Assembly: GCA_000388065.2 (NCBI GenBank) | Contig: KB932214.1 | Reading direction: 5' to 3' (one strand) | Source of the DNA: Fonticula alba ATCC 38817 | Lineage: Eukaryota; Protista; Nucleariida | DNA: 59,674 bases | Shown here: positions 11,864 to 22,055 of the stretch, piece by piece | How the letters are laid out: each line of letters begins with the position of its first letter | How positions within the stretch are numbered: position 1 is the first letter of the stretch | The notes under the pieces: generated by a model | Database searches by the model: none | What the model was told of the DNA's origin: nothing | The model's input: the letters and a program-made list of their open reading frames with translations, nothing else | Program-made: the position numbers and the translations under genes

Positions 11864-12705
11864 AGGCGGCAGAGCAGGGGAATGCGTCGGCGCTCGAGGG
11901 AGGAAATGGAGCCCCGCACACATGGCAGGGCTCTCTCTCTCTCTATCTGGATCCTCCTTCTGTCCTTCTCTCTTTGGCTCTTTCCTTGTCGACGTGCGTT
12001 GCGCGGGCATGGGTCCCTCCTGTGCAGGGAGGGAGGAGAGATGGCATGTGAAGAGAGTGGGGGGAGGGGGGGGGGGGGGGAGAGCGCGCGCGCGCGCGCG
12101 CAGCTGAGGCCTTCGCCTGTCACAACGCCGTGCCGGCCGCCCTGGGTGTGTCGTGGCGCACGTAGACACACGCTCGGACAGAGGGCCCGGAGAGGGACCA
12201 GATGGCGTGTCACAGGCATGCACGCGCGCGCGCGCTCCCCCCCCCCCTCCCTGCTCTCCGTCCCAGCTCGCTCGCCGGCCTACACCGCCGGGGGACATGG
12301 CACCCTGGTGGTCGCGATCGCGTGGCAACGGGAGAAGGGGGGAACATCGCCGGAGCCGCCGGCGATGCTGGGCCCCTTGGTCGCCGTGTCGCCAGAAAAG
12401 GGAACACCCGGCCCCAGGAGGGGAGGGAGGGGCCGGGATGCGTGCGAGAGATCTACGACAGCCAAGCGGCCATGTGCCCCGGGGCTGGGCCGGGGCGAGG
12501 GAGGGGGCGGGCCAGGAAAGCAAGGCGGGCGAGTGGCAAACCAAGGGATCGGGACGTACGTGAAACCGGCGGGATTCCGGCGGGCGATGATCTTCTGCGC
12601 GCGGCGGCGCTCCAGGAAGAAGAGCACCGGCGAGAGGACGAGGTTGACGATGGAAAAGAAGAAGACGCAGAAGGTCTGCACGAGGTGCTGCGAGAAGTAG
12701 GTCAT
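9692..12705 (-). CDS. Short-chain dehydrogenase/reductase (classical SDR) with N-terminal hydrophobic anchor
   Basis: Exons 12705-12560 (MTYFSQHLVQTFCVFFFSIVNLVLSPVLFFLERRR...GFT; donor GTACGT, phase 2), 10905-10281 and 10024-9692 (TAA). Motifs TGAGNGIG, VDV, NAG, catalytic Ser (SS) and YAAGK, then TPGFVRT. Confidence 0.88.
10122..10209 (-). ncRNA. Candidate intronic box C/D snoRNA in SDR intron 2
   Basis: AT-rich 88-nt island bounded by a perfect 9-bp inverted repeat (AATGTCATG...CATGACATT). Sense-strand order: box C variant AGGATGA, guide 1, D' CTGA, C'-like CTGCTGA, guide 2, D CTGA. The geometry is K-turn compatible. Confidence 0.7.
11355..11361 (-). promoter_or_regulatory. TATA box (TATAAAA) inside SDR intron 1, putative internal promoter
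   Basis: TATAAAA on the minus strand about 125 nt upstream of an ATG-containing 23-nt mini-exon (11230-11208) that ends in a GTATGC donor. Confidence 0.45.
11599..11613. promoter_or_regulatory. Overlapping CRE (TGACGTCA) and E-box (CACGTG) palindromes
   Basis: GTGACGTCACGTGAC contains two overlapping 10-bp palindromes, about 240 nt upstream of the intronic TATA. Confidence 0.4.
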
Positions 12706-12956
12706 GTTTCTCGTGCGTGCGAAGTTGCGGGTCCGGGAGCTGGGCGGCGGGACCTCAGAAGGGGGGAAGGAACAGACGGCGGCGGCGGTGGGGACGGCGG
12801 TGGCGGCGGCAACAGCTGCGGCTATGCCGTTGAGTGGTGGTGTGTTGACCGGGAGGGGGGGGGGGAAGGGGGTGTGCAGGCGACAGGGGGAAAGGGGACT
12901 GAGGCCGGGAGGTCTATCTCCTCGGGGCTAGCCCCCAGTGGCCTGGCTGGTCTCGC

Positions 12957-12963
12957 TTATATA
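12957..12963 (-). promoter_or_regulatory. TATA box of the SDR gene
   Basis: TATATAA on the minus strand about 250 nt upstream of ATG 12705. Confidence 0.45.
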
Positions 12964-15639
12964 CGACTGAGGTGCGCAGTGCAGGCCCTCCCCCTTCCAC
13001 ACACACACACACACACACCGCGGGTGCGCTGGTGGCGGGGGGGTGCTCGGAGCGGGCGGCTGTGCGACTGTGCGTGTGTGTGTGGGGGGGGGGGGAGGGG
13101 ATCGCTGTCGCTGTTGCTTCTCCGCGGCCCTCATGGGGCGCCTCTGGGCACGGCAAGAACGAGGCGCCCGGGGGGCAGAGGGGCGCGTCTCGAGAGTCCC
13201 CTTCCGGGCCTGGCTGAGGTGGCGGGCGGGCGGGCGTGGCCTGCAGCCGGGTGGCCGCCGCCCTCCCTGCCTGTGGCGGTGGCGTAATGGATGCCCCCAA
13301 TGCTGGGGAGTCGGGGCCGGGGAGAGTCAGAAGAGGGGGGCGAGAGGCGTGAAAATCCCTGCCTGCCCCCTTGTTCCTCCGGGCTCCGGGCTCCGGGCTC
13401 CGGGTCGGGCAGGCAGGGCCGCGCAGGGCCGGGCAGGGCCGCGCCGGCGCGGCTAGATTACCAGGAAGGGGCCGCGCGCGATGCTGAGCCACGCGCTTGG
13501 CCGCGAACAGGCATGCCCGGGCCTGGCCATCGGGGCCGGGTGCGGGCGGATTCGTGTCCCGGAAGATGATAATGGGGGAGTTATTATTGTCCGGATTTTG
13601 GCCGGCCAATAATTGGTACGCTGTTGCGCTGCCTCAGCCCGGCGGCCGGTGTGGCCCTTCCCGCCGGATTCGCCGGGTGGCGGTGACGACTGTCGGCGTC
13701 CGTGTTGGCGTCGGCGTCGGCGTCGGCGTCGGCGTCCCCGGGGGCGCCCCTCGCCGCCGAAATCCAGCTCCGGGGGTCCTGCCACGAACGCCCCGGCCGG
13801 AGGAATGCTCCCGTCCCCGTTCCCCCTCCCCTCCCGCCCCTGGACGGGGGCGCAGGGCGGGAGATTGCTGAGGCACGCGCGCCTGCGCGCGGCGGCGCCT
13901 GCACGCGCCCGGGGGAGCAGATTCCCCGGCCCCGGTCCGCCGGGCCTCTCTCGGGCCCGGGGCCCGGTGGCGGCGATGTCCGCCGGGCCGGGTGGCCGCC
14001 ATGCCCCGGGGACCGACGACGAGCGGCCCAAGCGGCAACCGCGCGTCGCCGGGGGAAGGACGCGTCCGGGGGGGGGNNNNNNNNNNNNNNNNNNNNNNNN
14101 NNNNNNNNNNNNNNNNNNNNNNNNNNNNNNNNNNNNNNNNNNNNNNNNNNNNNNNNNNNNNNNNNNNNNNNNNNNNNNNNNNNNNNNNNNNNNNNNNNNN
14201 NNNNNNNNNNNNNNNNNNNNNNNNNNNNNNNNNNNNNNNNNNNNNNNNNNNNNNNNNNNNNNNNNNNNNNNNNNNNNNNNNNNNNNNNNNNNNNNNNNNN
14301 NNNNNNNNNNNNNNNNNNNNNNNNNNNNNNNNNNNNNNNNNNNNNNNNNNNNNNNNNNNNNNNNNNNNNNNNNNNNNNNNNNNNNNNNNNNNNNNNNNNN
14401 NNNNNNNNNNNNNNNNNNNNNNNNNNNNNNNNNNNNNNNNNNNNNNNNNNNNNNNNNNNNNNNNNNNNNNNNNNNNNNNNNNNNNNNNNNNNNNNNNNNN
14501 NNNNNNNNNNNNNNNNNNNNNNNNNNNNNNNNNNNNNNNNNNNNNNNNNNNNNNNNNNNNNNNNNNNNNNNNNNNNNNNNNNNNNNNNNNNNNNNNNNNN
14601 NNNNNNNNNNNNNNNNNNNNNNNNNNNNNNNNNNNNNNNNNNNNNNNNNNNNNNNNNNNNNNNNNNNNNNNNNNNNNNNNNNNNNNNNNNNNNNNNNNNN
14701 NNNNNNNNNNNNNNNNNNNNNNNNNNNNNNNNNNNNNNNNNNNNNNNNNNNNNNNNNNNNNNNNNNNNNNNNNNNNNNNNNNNNNNNNNNNNNNNNNNNN
14801 NNNNNNNNNNNNNNNNNNNNNNNNNNNNNNNNNNNNNNNNNNNNNNNNNNNNNNNNNNNNNNNNNNNNNNNNNNNNNNNNNNNNNNNNNNNNNNNNNNNN
14901 NNNNNNNNNNNNNNNNNNNNNNNNNNNNNNNNNNNNNNNNNNNNNNNNNNNNNNNNNNNNNNNNNNNNNNNNNNNNNNNNNNNNNNNNNNNCCCCCGTTC
15001 ATGGACATCGGGCGTCGATGACGCAGATTGCCAGGGCTGGCGTCGGCTAAAAAAGGCTCCGCCCCTCCGCGGACCGTCACGCCCGAATCACCAGACCCGC
15101 GCGCCCGGCGCCAGCCGGGTCTATTAGGCGCGGGGTTATTACTGGCCGCTGGCGGCGGATCAGAGCGGATTTCATGCGCGGGACGCGCGTGGCCACGGGA
15201 TCCGGGAGCGCTGCCGACTGCCCCGCAATGTCTCACGTTCCGCTCGGCGGGTGCCGCCATTGTGCGCGCGACTGCCGCTCGGACCAGGGGGGGGGGGGAA
15301 AAAGGAGGGGGCATCTCTGTGCACGATATGTATTCTTTCCGGAGACCGGAGCACGGGCAAGAAGAGCGAGAGGGGAGGAAGAGAAAAAGAGGAGGAGCGA
15401 AGAGAGCCAGCAGCAGCCACACTTTTGCGGACAGCAGCCCTGCCATGCCTAGAGGAGGGGAGGAGGGGAGAGGCAGGCATTGTGCGCACAGTCATCGCCA
15501 TCCACACTGGCGGACAGTCGCGCGACGCGCACAAGCGGCGGGCAGCTCCCCCCTCCTGCCCCCGCCGAGACGGACTCTGGCGCCGACAGGCACGCGCGCG
15601 CGCGCGCGCTGCTTCTCGCGTTCTCCGGCGCACGCACGC

Positions 15640-16439
15640 TCACTCGATCTGCGCGCGCTCGGCACCGCGCGGCTCCACCTGCAGTGACCGGTCGTACAGG
15701 CGCTGCTCGATGTCCGCGGCCACGGCATTGTTGTCGGGGCTGTTGATGTCTCCACCGCCGCCGGCCGCGGCGATGCTCTGCTCCAGCTGCTCGCGCAGGG
15801 GGTTGGTGGCGGCCGCCCCGCCGGGGTTCAGCAGGTCAATGCCGCTGCCACCGCCGGCGCCGGCTCCCGGGCCGCTGGCTCCGCCGCCGGACGCGAAGTC
15901 CGCCGGGTACGGCTCATTCTGGAACATCTGGATCTCGCTGATAACCGAGTAGTCCAGTCGGCGCTTGGCGATGTTGATGAGGCCGGCCACGCGGTTGGGA
16001 TTGCCATCATCGATGAAGGTCAGATCCGCCAAGTACACGCCGCTGAGTAGGGGCGGCGGCGGCGGCGGCGAGAGAGGGAGAGAGGGGGGGGGCAAGAGAG
16101 CGGTCCACACGGTGGGGAGTGTTAGATTGCACGACACACGGGGACCCTCTCTCTCCGGGGGAGGGGACGCCCATAAGATGCATGCATGGACATGCACGCG
16201 TGTGGCAGAGCAGAAACAACGCACATATACGGGACCAGCGGCGGGGAGGAGTTGTGCAGCAGGGCGCGATATGCCTTGTAATTGGACTGGGCCGTCATGA
16301 TCTGCTCAAGGTCCTCGAGAATGCGCACATGTCGGCCGGGCAGCTCAGCGCGCGTCCACTTCAGTCGGCTGATGGCCGCGCTGTTGAACCCGGCGATGAA
16401 GGCCATGACCGAGGAGAAGTTCTTCAGGTGGTAGAGGCG

Positions 16440-16477
<38 letters not shown>

Positions 16478-17851
16478 GCAGAGAGAGGGGGGGGGCGTCA
16501 GCATGTGATAGCGCGCGATGGGGCAGCCAGACATGGCAGGAGGGGGGATGCAGACCGAGGGAGAGAGAGAGAGAGAGAGACGGGCACAGACGAACCTGGG
16601 CGATTTCGATGAGCTTCGCGAAGCGCTCGGCGCGCTTGCGGACCTTGTCCTTGATCAGGATCGACGCCACCACCCAGAGGACAACGCGGTTGAAGCGCCG
16701 GCTGACGCGCAGGACGTTGGCCGAGCGGACTTCGGCATCGGCGCGGTTCCAGTTCTGGTTGAGAAGCTCGGCCGGCTGTGTTTGCCCCGAGCGCGTGGCG
16801 CGGCCCCCGGCATGAGGTCGGTCAGTCAGCCACCGGGTCGCAGTCGTGGCAGTGCGGAGGGCGAGGGGGCGAGAACGGGCGGAAGGGGGGGGGGGGGGGG
16901 GGGCGACATGCAGCAACAGCCACGGCCCCAAAAAGCCGCCCACGGGTGCTACACAATCACACACACACACACACACGCACCTTGATCTGGGCAAAGAGCT
17001 CGAAGTCCGTGGCGGTGATGTGCTCGGCCAGGTCCTGCGGGCTGTGGCGGAAGATGCGCAGAATCTTCGACTCCGAGGCAATGGCCGTCGGGGCCGAGGC
17101 CGGGGCGATCGGCTCCGCCGGGGGAAGCTGCTTGTCCGAAGTCCGCGAGGGCTTCTGCAGGCAGGGCGTGCGCGGGAAGAGCACGTGCAGACGGCGAGGG
17201 GGAGGGCAGACACGCGCATTCGAAAAAAAAAAAAAGGGCTGTTAGCGAACCACGGCAACGCAAGTCCAACGGAGGGGCACAGCAGGGGCAAGGATGCGAA
17301 GCCATACCAGCCGTCCCAGGACCTGAAGGATCATCCGAGCGTGCGTGGGGTTGTCGGCGTGGAGGATGTTCCGCGCGAAGCGGGCCACATCGTAGGCCAG
17401 CTGGCTGAAGCCGTCGGCGCTCTTGGGGTCGAAGAAGTCCGAGGAATACTTCTCGATCCAGTGCTTCAGGACATTGACCACGCGCAGGTGGATCAGCCGC
17501 CGGGAGTTCCGGTCGAAGTCGTCATATGCCATGTTCGCCGGCCGGGGGACATTGTAGCTGGGTGAGGCCCGAGGAGGGCGGAAGGGGGAAGAGGACCCCA
17601 GGGTCATGTGCGCATTGGCGCACCGCAAGGAGGTCAGATGCATGTGGAGGGGAGGCCCGTCCTGTCCCCGGGGAAAGGGGCATGGGGCGGCAATGGCGCG
17701 CGTGGCATGTCGCACCGTTCGATGATCTTTGACAGGAGGATGGCCGGGGTTGTGAATGAGTGATACGTGAGCAGGATGGTCTTGACGAAGTCCATGTCTG
17801 TGCGGGTGTTATGTGCGGGTCAGTGTATGCTTGGGGGCTTGTGTGTGTGTG

Positions 17852-17894
<43 letters not shown>

Positions 17895-20487
17895 ATGTGT
17901 GCGTGTGCATGTGTGCGTGTGCATGTGTGCGTGGCATGTGTGCATGTGCATGTGCGCGTGTGCATGTGTGCGTGGCATGTGTGCATGTGCATGTGCGCGC
18001 GTGCATGTGTGCGTGGCATGTGCGCGCGCGACTTCGCGGGCTCCAATGGCTGCCCGGGCGTGTTTGTGCGCACCATGGGACTTCTCGTCAGTCAGGCGCT
18101 CGATCAGCTTGTTCAAGCTGGCCGAGGCGATGACACGCGGGCGATCGGCCTCGAAGGTGAGGTTGGACTCGGCGTCCTCCTCGGCATCGGCCCAAATGTG
18201 GTTGGCCGAGGTGTCGGCATAGACGATGCGGCCCTCGGAGTCGGTGGTGGCGCCGGAGGTGTCGGCCGGCCGCCGGGACCAGCCATTCCCCCGGGAATGG
18301 ACAATCAGCACCGACCCGGGGAAGACACCCTGCGACAGGAGCGAGCGCGACACATCGAGCAGGCGCGATCCCGGAGCGGGGAAGGCCGCGCGCGGGGCCG
18401 CCGCCCCGGCGCCGGCCGCCTTCCGCGGGCCATTGGACGACAGGAGCTGGTCCAGCGAGGCCACCTCCACCGAGGCCGACCGGCCATCCTGCACGAGCGC
18501 CAGCCCGGCGAAGTCCGCCGGCCGGATGCCGAAGCGCCGGCAAATGAGCGTCACCGCGTCACTGGGCCCGGGGGCCACGCCGGGCGTGGACCCGGCCTCG
18601 GCCTCGCCGCCGGCCAGCAAATCCCGCAGCGGCCGGGTGGGATCCAGTTCGAAGGCCTGGCGCACGCTCGGATCGTAGGCCGCCAGCCCGAAGAAGGTGG
18701 CCACCGGGCCCGGGCGCAGGGTCAGCGGCAGCATCGGCGAGGAGAGCAGCGCCCGGGCGGACTTCTTGGCATTCCGGTCCAGCCGCCCGCCGCTGGCGTC
18801 CAGCAGCGTGTGGCTCATGTGGGCGGCCGACGCGTGCGGCGGGCCATACGCATCCAGCAGATCATCCAGCTCGGCGTCCGTCGACACGAAGGGCGCACTC
18901 GGGCCCTGGCCCGTGGTCAGGTGGATGGTGGAGAACTTGGTCTTGTACTCGATCTGGGACTGAGTGGCGCGGGGGGGGGGGNNNNNNNNNNNNNNNNNNN
19001 NNNNNNGGGGGGGGGGGAGGGGGCGGATGGCGAGAGGCAGGGCACACGCACGGAGCTGGTGATCTGGTAGTGCGACAGGGGGAGCGTGCAGTCGAGCCAG
19101 CGGCCGGAGCCGGCCTTGTCATAGAGCGAGCTGATGGTGGCCCGGTCGTAGGGGATCTTGCGGGCCAGCTGTGACACGACGTCGGCCACCGGCTGCGAGT
19201 CGCCCAGGCGGAAGGTGACCACGGCGTTGGCGCGCTCGGGCAGGCGGATGCGCAGCAGGAAGACCGAGGACGTGCGGCGGACCTCGAGCACATGCTGCGA
19301 GCGATGGCGGCTGGTTAGGGCAGGAGGGGGGGGGGGGGGGGGGGGGAGAGGAGAGAGGAGGGCGGTCTTGGTGCCCCTTGATGGGGGGCCCGTGTGGCCC
19401 CCGGCATGTGTCGGCCCCCCCCCTGCGGAGCGCATGTGCGCGTACCTGCGGCTCGATGTCATACAGGTCCAGCGTGTGGTCCGCCTGCAGGAAGATCCCC
19501 CGGTGGGGATAGTACAGGCCGAAGGGGTCGGTGTCCGAGGCCTCCAGGGCCTGGCTGTCGAGCAGCTCGCGCACCGTCAGCTCCAGGCCATAGGAGAAGT
19601 CCTCCGGCTGGGTACTCCCGGCCGGGGTGAGCTTCACCGACAGGGGGCCCCGCGCGTGCTTGATCTTGAGCTCGTCCTATGTGGATGTGTGGATGTGTGG
19701 ATGTGTGCGTGTGTGCGTGTGTGCGGGTCCCGTCGGAAAGAAGGGGGGAGGGACGGCGGGGAAAAAGGCGGGCAACGGAGGCAGACAGGGAGGGCCGTCA
19801 GCAGGGGAAAGGAGGGAGGGAGGCAGGGAGGCAGGGAGGCAGGGGAGGGGCGACACAGAGCAGGGACATGGCACAGCCGTGGCGGCACGCACCCCGGGCA
19901 GGATGCCACACTCGGCCAGCGTCAGGTCCGGGTTCAGCCAGATATTCTCCAGGGCAGACTCGGCGCCGGGGGGGCCCGGGGGGGCGGTGAGCGTCGAGTA
20001 GGGGACGTGGCGACCAAGGCGGAAGTCCGCGACGCCGGCACCGGCCGTGCTACCGGGCGCGGCGGCCTCCAGCGCCACCAGGGCCAGGCGGGTGACCTCG
20101 CGCACGGTGGTGGCCTCGGCCTCCGGGACCACGACCCCGAGGGAGGAGGCCGGCAGGGCGGCCCCGCCGCCGGTGTACGTGGCCGGGCCGGAAAGCCACG
20201 CGGCAAAGCCGATGGCATGCACGCTCAGGCTGTATGGGAGGTCGTCGGCGTCCGGGTCGTCGGCCATCGGGCCGGCGGCCGGCGAGGCGACTTCCTCCGC
20301 ATCGCCGGTGGCCGCTTCCGGCACGGCGGACGGCGGCGCGAGGCCGGCTTCAGGGCCCGACGCGACAGCATGCTCGTCTGTGCGGTGGGAGGCCCGGCGG
20401 GCGCAGGGGAAGGTGAGAGGGGGCATGGGCGCGAGCAGCAGGGCCGGGGCCGCACGCACCGTGAGCAGCGATGTCGGTGGAGGACAT
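15640..20487 (-). CDS. Ras guanine-nucleotide exchange factor (REM + CDC25) with N-terminal tandem ubiquitin-like (talin F0/F1-like) domains, 11 exons
   Basis: Exons 20487-20460, 20377-19893, 19676-19446, 19294-19052, 18959-18074, 17797-17716, 17557-17308, 17154-16981, 16775-16596, 16439-16225 and 16042-15640, all in compatible phase. REM motifs ASLNKLIERLT, FVKTILLTYHSF and LRVVNVLKHWI. CDC25 motifs QDLAEHIT, RFNRVVLWV, LKNFSSVMAFIAGFNSAAISRLKWT and PLVPYIGVYLADLTFIDDGNP. Confidence 0.92.
17841..18030. repeat. (GT)n / GTGCAT(GT)-type microsatellite in a RasGEF intron
   Basis: A long GT run followed by repeated GTGTGCATGT/GTGCGTG units. Confidence 0.8.
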
Positions 20488-21454
20488 TATTCTTCGAAAG
20501 GTTGGTGTGTGCGAAGAGCGGGACGGGAGCGAGGGGCCGCTTTGCGCGCGCGGGGGGGGGGGGGCAGGGCNNNNNNNNNNNNNNNNNNNNNNNNNNNNNN
20601 NNNNNNNNNNNNNNNNNNNNNNNNNNNNNNNNNNNNNNNNNNNNNNNNNNNNNNNNNNNNNNNNNNNNNNNNNNNNNNNNNNNNNNNNNNNNNNNNNNNN
20701 NNNNNNNNNNNNNNNNNNNNNNNNNNNNNNNNNNNNNNNNNNNNNNNNNNNNNNNNNNNNNNNNNNNNNNNNNNNNNGAAGGGGTGCCGGCGGCGCGGCG
20801 GCCTGCCTGCGGAGGGGTATTTTTTGATTGCCCAAATCCAGGGGCTGCCCCGCGCCGACGCCCGGGCGGCCGGCCGCGCCCGCCCCGGCTGCTCCCCTGG
20901 CCCCCCTTTCCCCGGCCCTGCCCCTGGGTGCGACCGGGCCCCAAGAGTCTGTGCAGGCGTGTCCGAATGAGATTTCCCCCACTGGGGGGGGGGGGGGAAG
21001 CGACGACCCTGGGACACTCGGGGGGCGGGGGCGCCGGGCGGGGTGGGGAGCAAGGAAAGAGCGAAACGGGGGGAAAAAAAAGAAGAGGAAACACCGTGTG
21101 GCCGGCAGATCCTATCGGCCGTTGCATCTGGCCCCTGGCCCATGGTGTTCTCCCTTTCCCAGCCCCCAGGGGGAGTCGCGCGCGCGGCTCCCGGGGGGGT
21201 GGGGGGGCAGGCGCCTGGGCCATTGGGCCGTCTTCGCGTTCGGCGGGTGCAGCCCGGGTGTCTCGCCCGCCGGTTCGCCCGTTTGCCCTCGCCTGTTTGT
21301 TGTGCCCGCATCGTGGGATCGTCCCCCCCCCCCCCGCGCCAAAGGACTCGGGGTGGAAAAAAGAAAAAGAAAAGAGACGCCACGGAACGGGCTCTGCGAG
21401 GGGCGCGGGTGTACCAACTCCCGGCGCGTCTGGGGCGAGGGTAGGGTTACTCTT

Positions 21455-21971
21455 TGAAACGCAGCGGTGTGATCCCTGGGTGGAATCGGGCAACGCGTGG
21501 ATGAACGGTAATGTGTATATCTGGGTGCAAAGGGAATATACAATAGGCANNNNNNNNNNNNNNNNNNNNNNNNNNNNNNNNNNNNNNNNNNNNNNNNNNN
21601 NNNNNNNNNNNNNNNNNNNNNNNNNNNNNNNNNNNNNNNNNNNNNNNNNNNNNNNNNNNNNNNNNNNNNNNNNNNNNNNNNNNNNNNNNNNNNNNNNNNN
21701 NNNNNNNNNNNNNNNNNNNNNNNNNNNNNNNNNNNNNNNNNNNNNNNNNNNNNNNNNNNNNNNNNNNNNNNNNNNNNNNNNNNNNNNNNNNNNNNNNNNN
21801 NNNNNNNNNNNNNNNNNNNNNNNNNNNNNNNNNNNNNNNNNNNNNNNNNNNNNNNNNNNNNNNNNNNNNNNNNNNNNNNGGGCCGCAGCCTTATATACCT
21901 AGGCTGCGGCATTCATACAAGCGTTGGCAGTAATGGGGATCACGTGTCGTGTCACGAGCGGGGGCATTTCA
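21455..21971 (-). repeat. 3' LTR (about 517 bp including 330 N)
   Basis: Starts TGAAA on the minus strand immediately after the PPT (AGGGGGGGAG, 21981-21972) and ends TTTCA at 21455. Contains TATATAA at about 21891-21897. Confidence 0.9.
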
Positions 21972-21981
21972 CTCCCCCCCT
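21972..21981 (-). other. Polypurine tract of the retrotransposon
   Basis: AGGGGGGGAG directly abuts the TG start of the 3' LTR, 75 nt after the ORF stop. Confidence 0.85.
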
Positions 21982-22055
21982 ATTGTCAGGTTGCTGTAAG
22001 CTTCCAAGACAATATGGAAAGAATGCCTGCCTCCGGTCGTGGCTTGAATGTCCAA

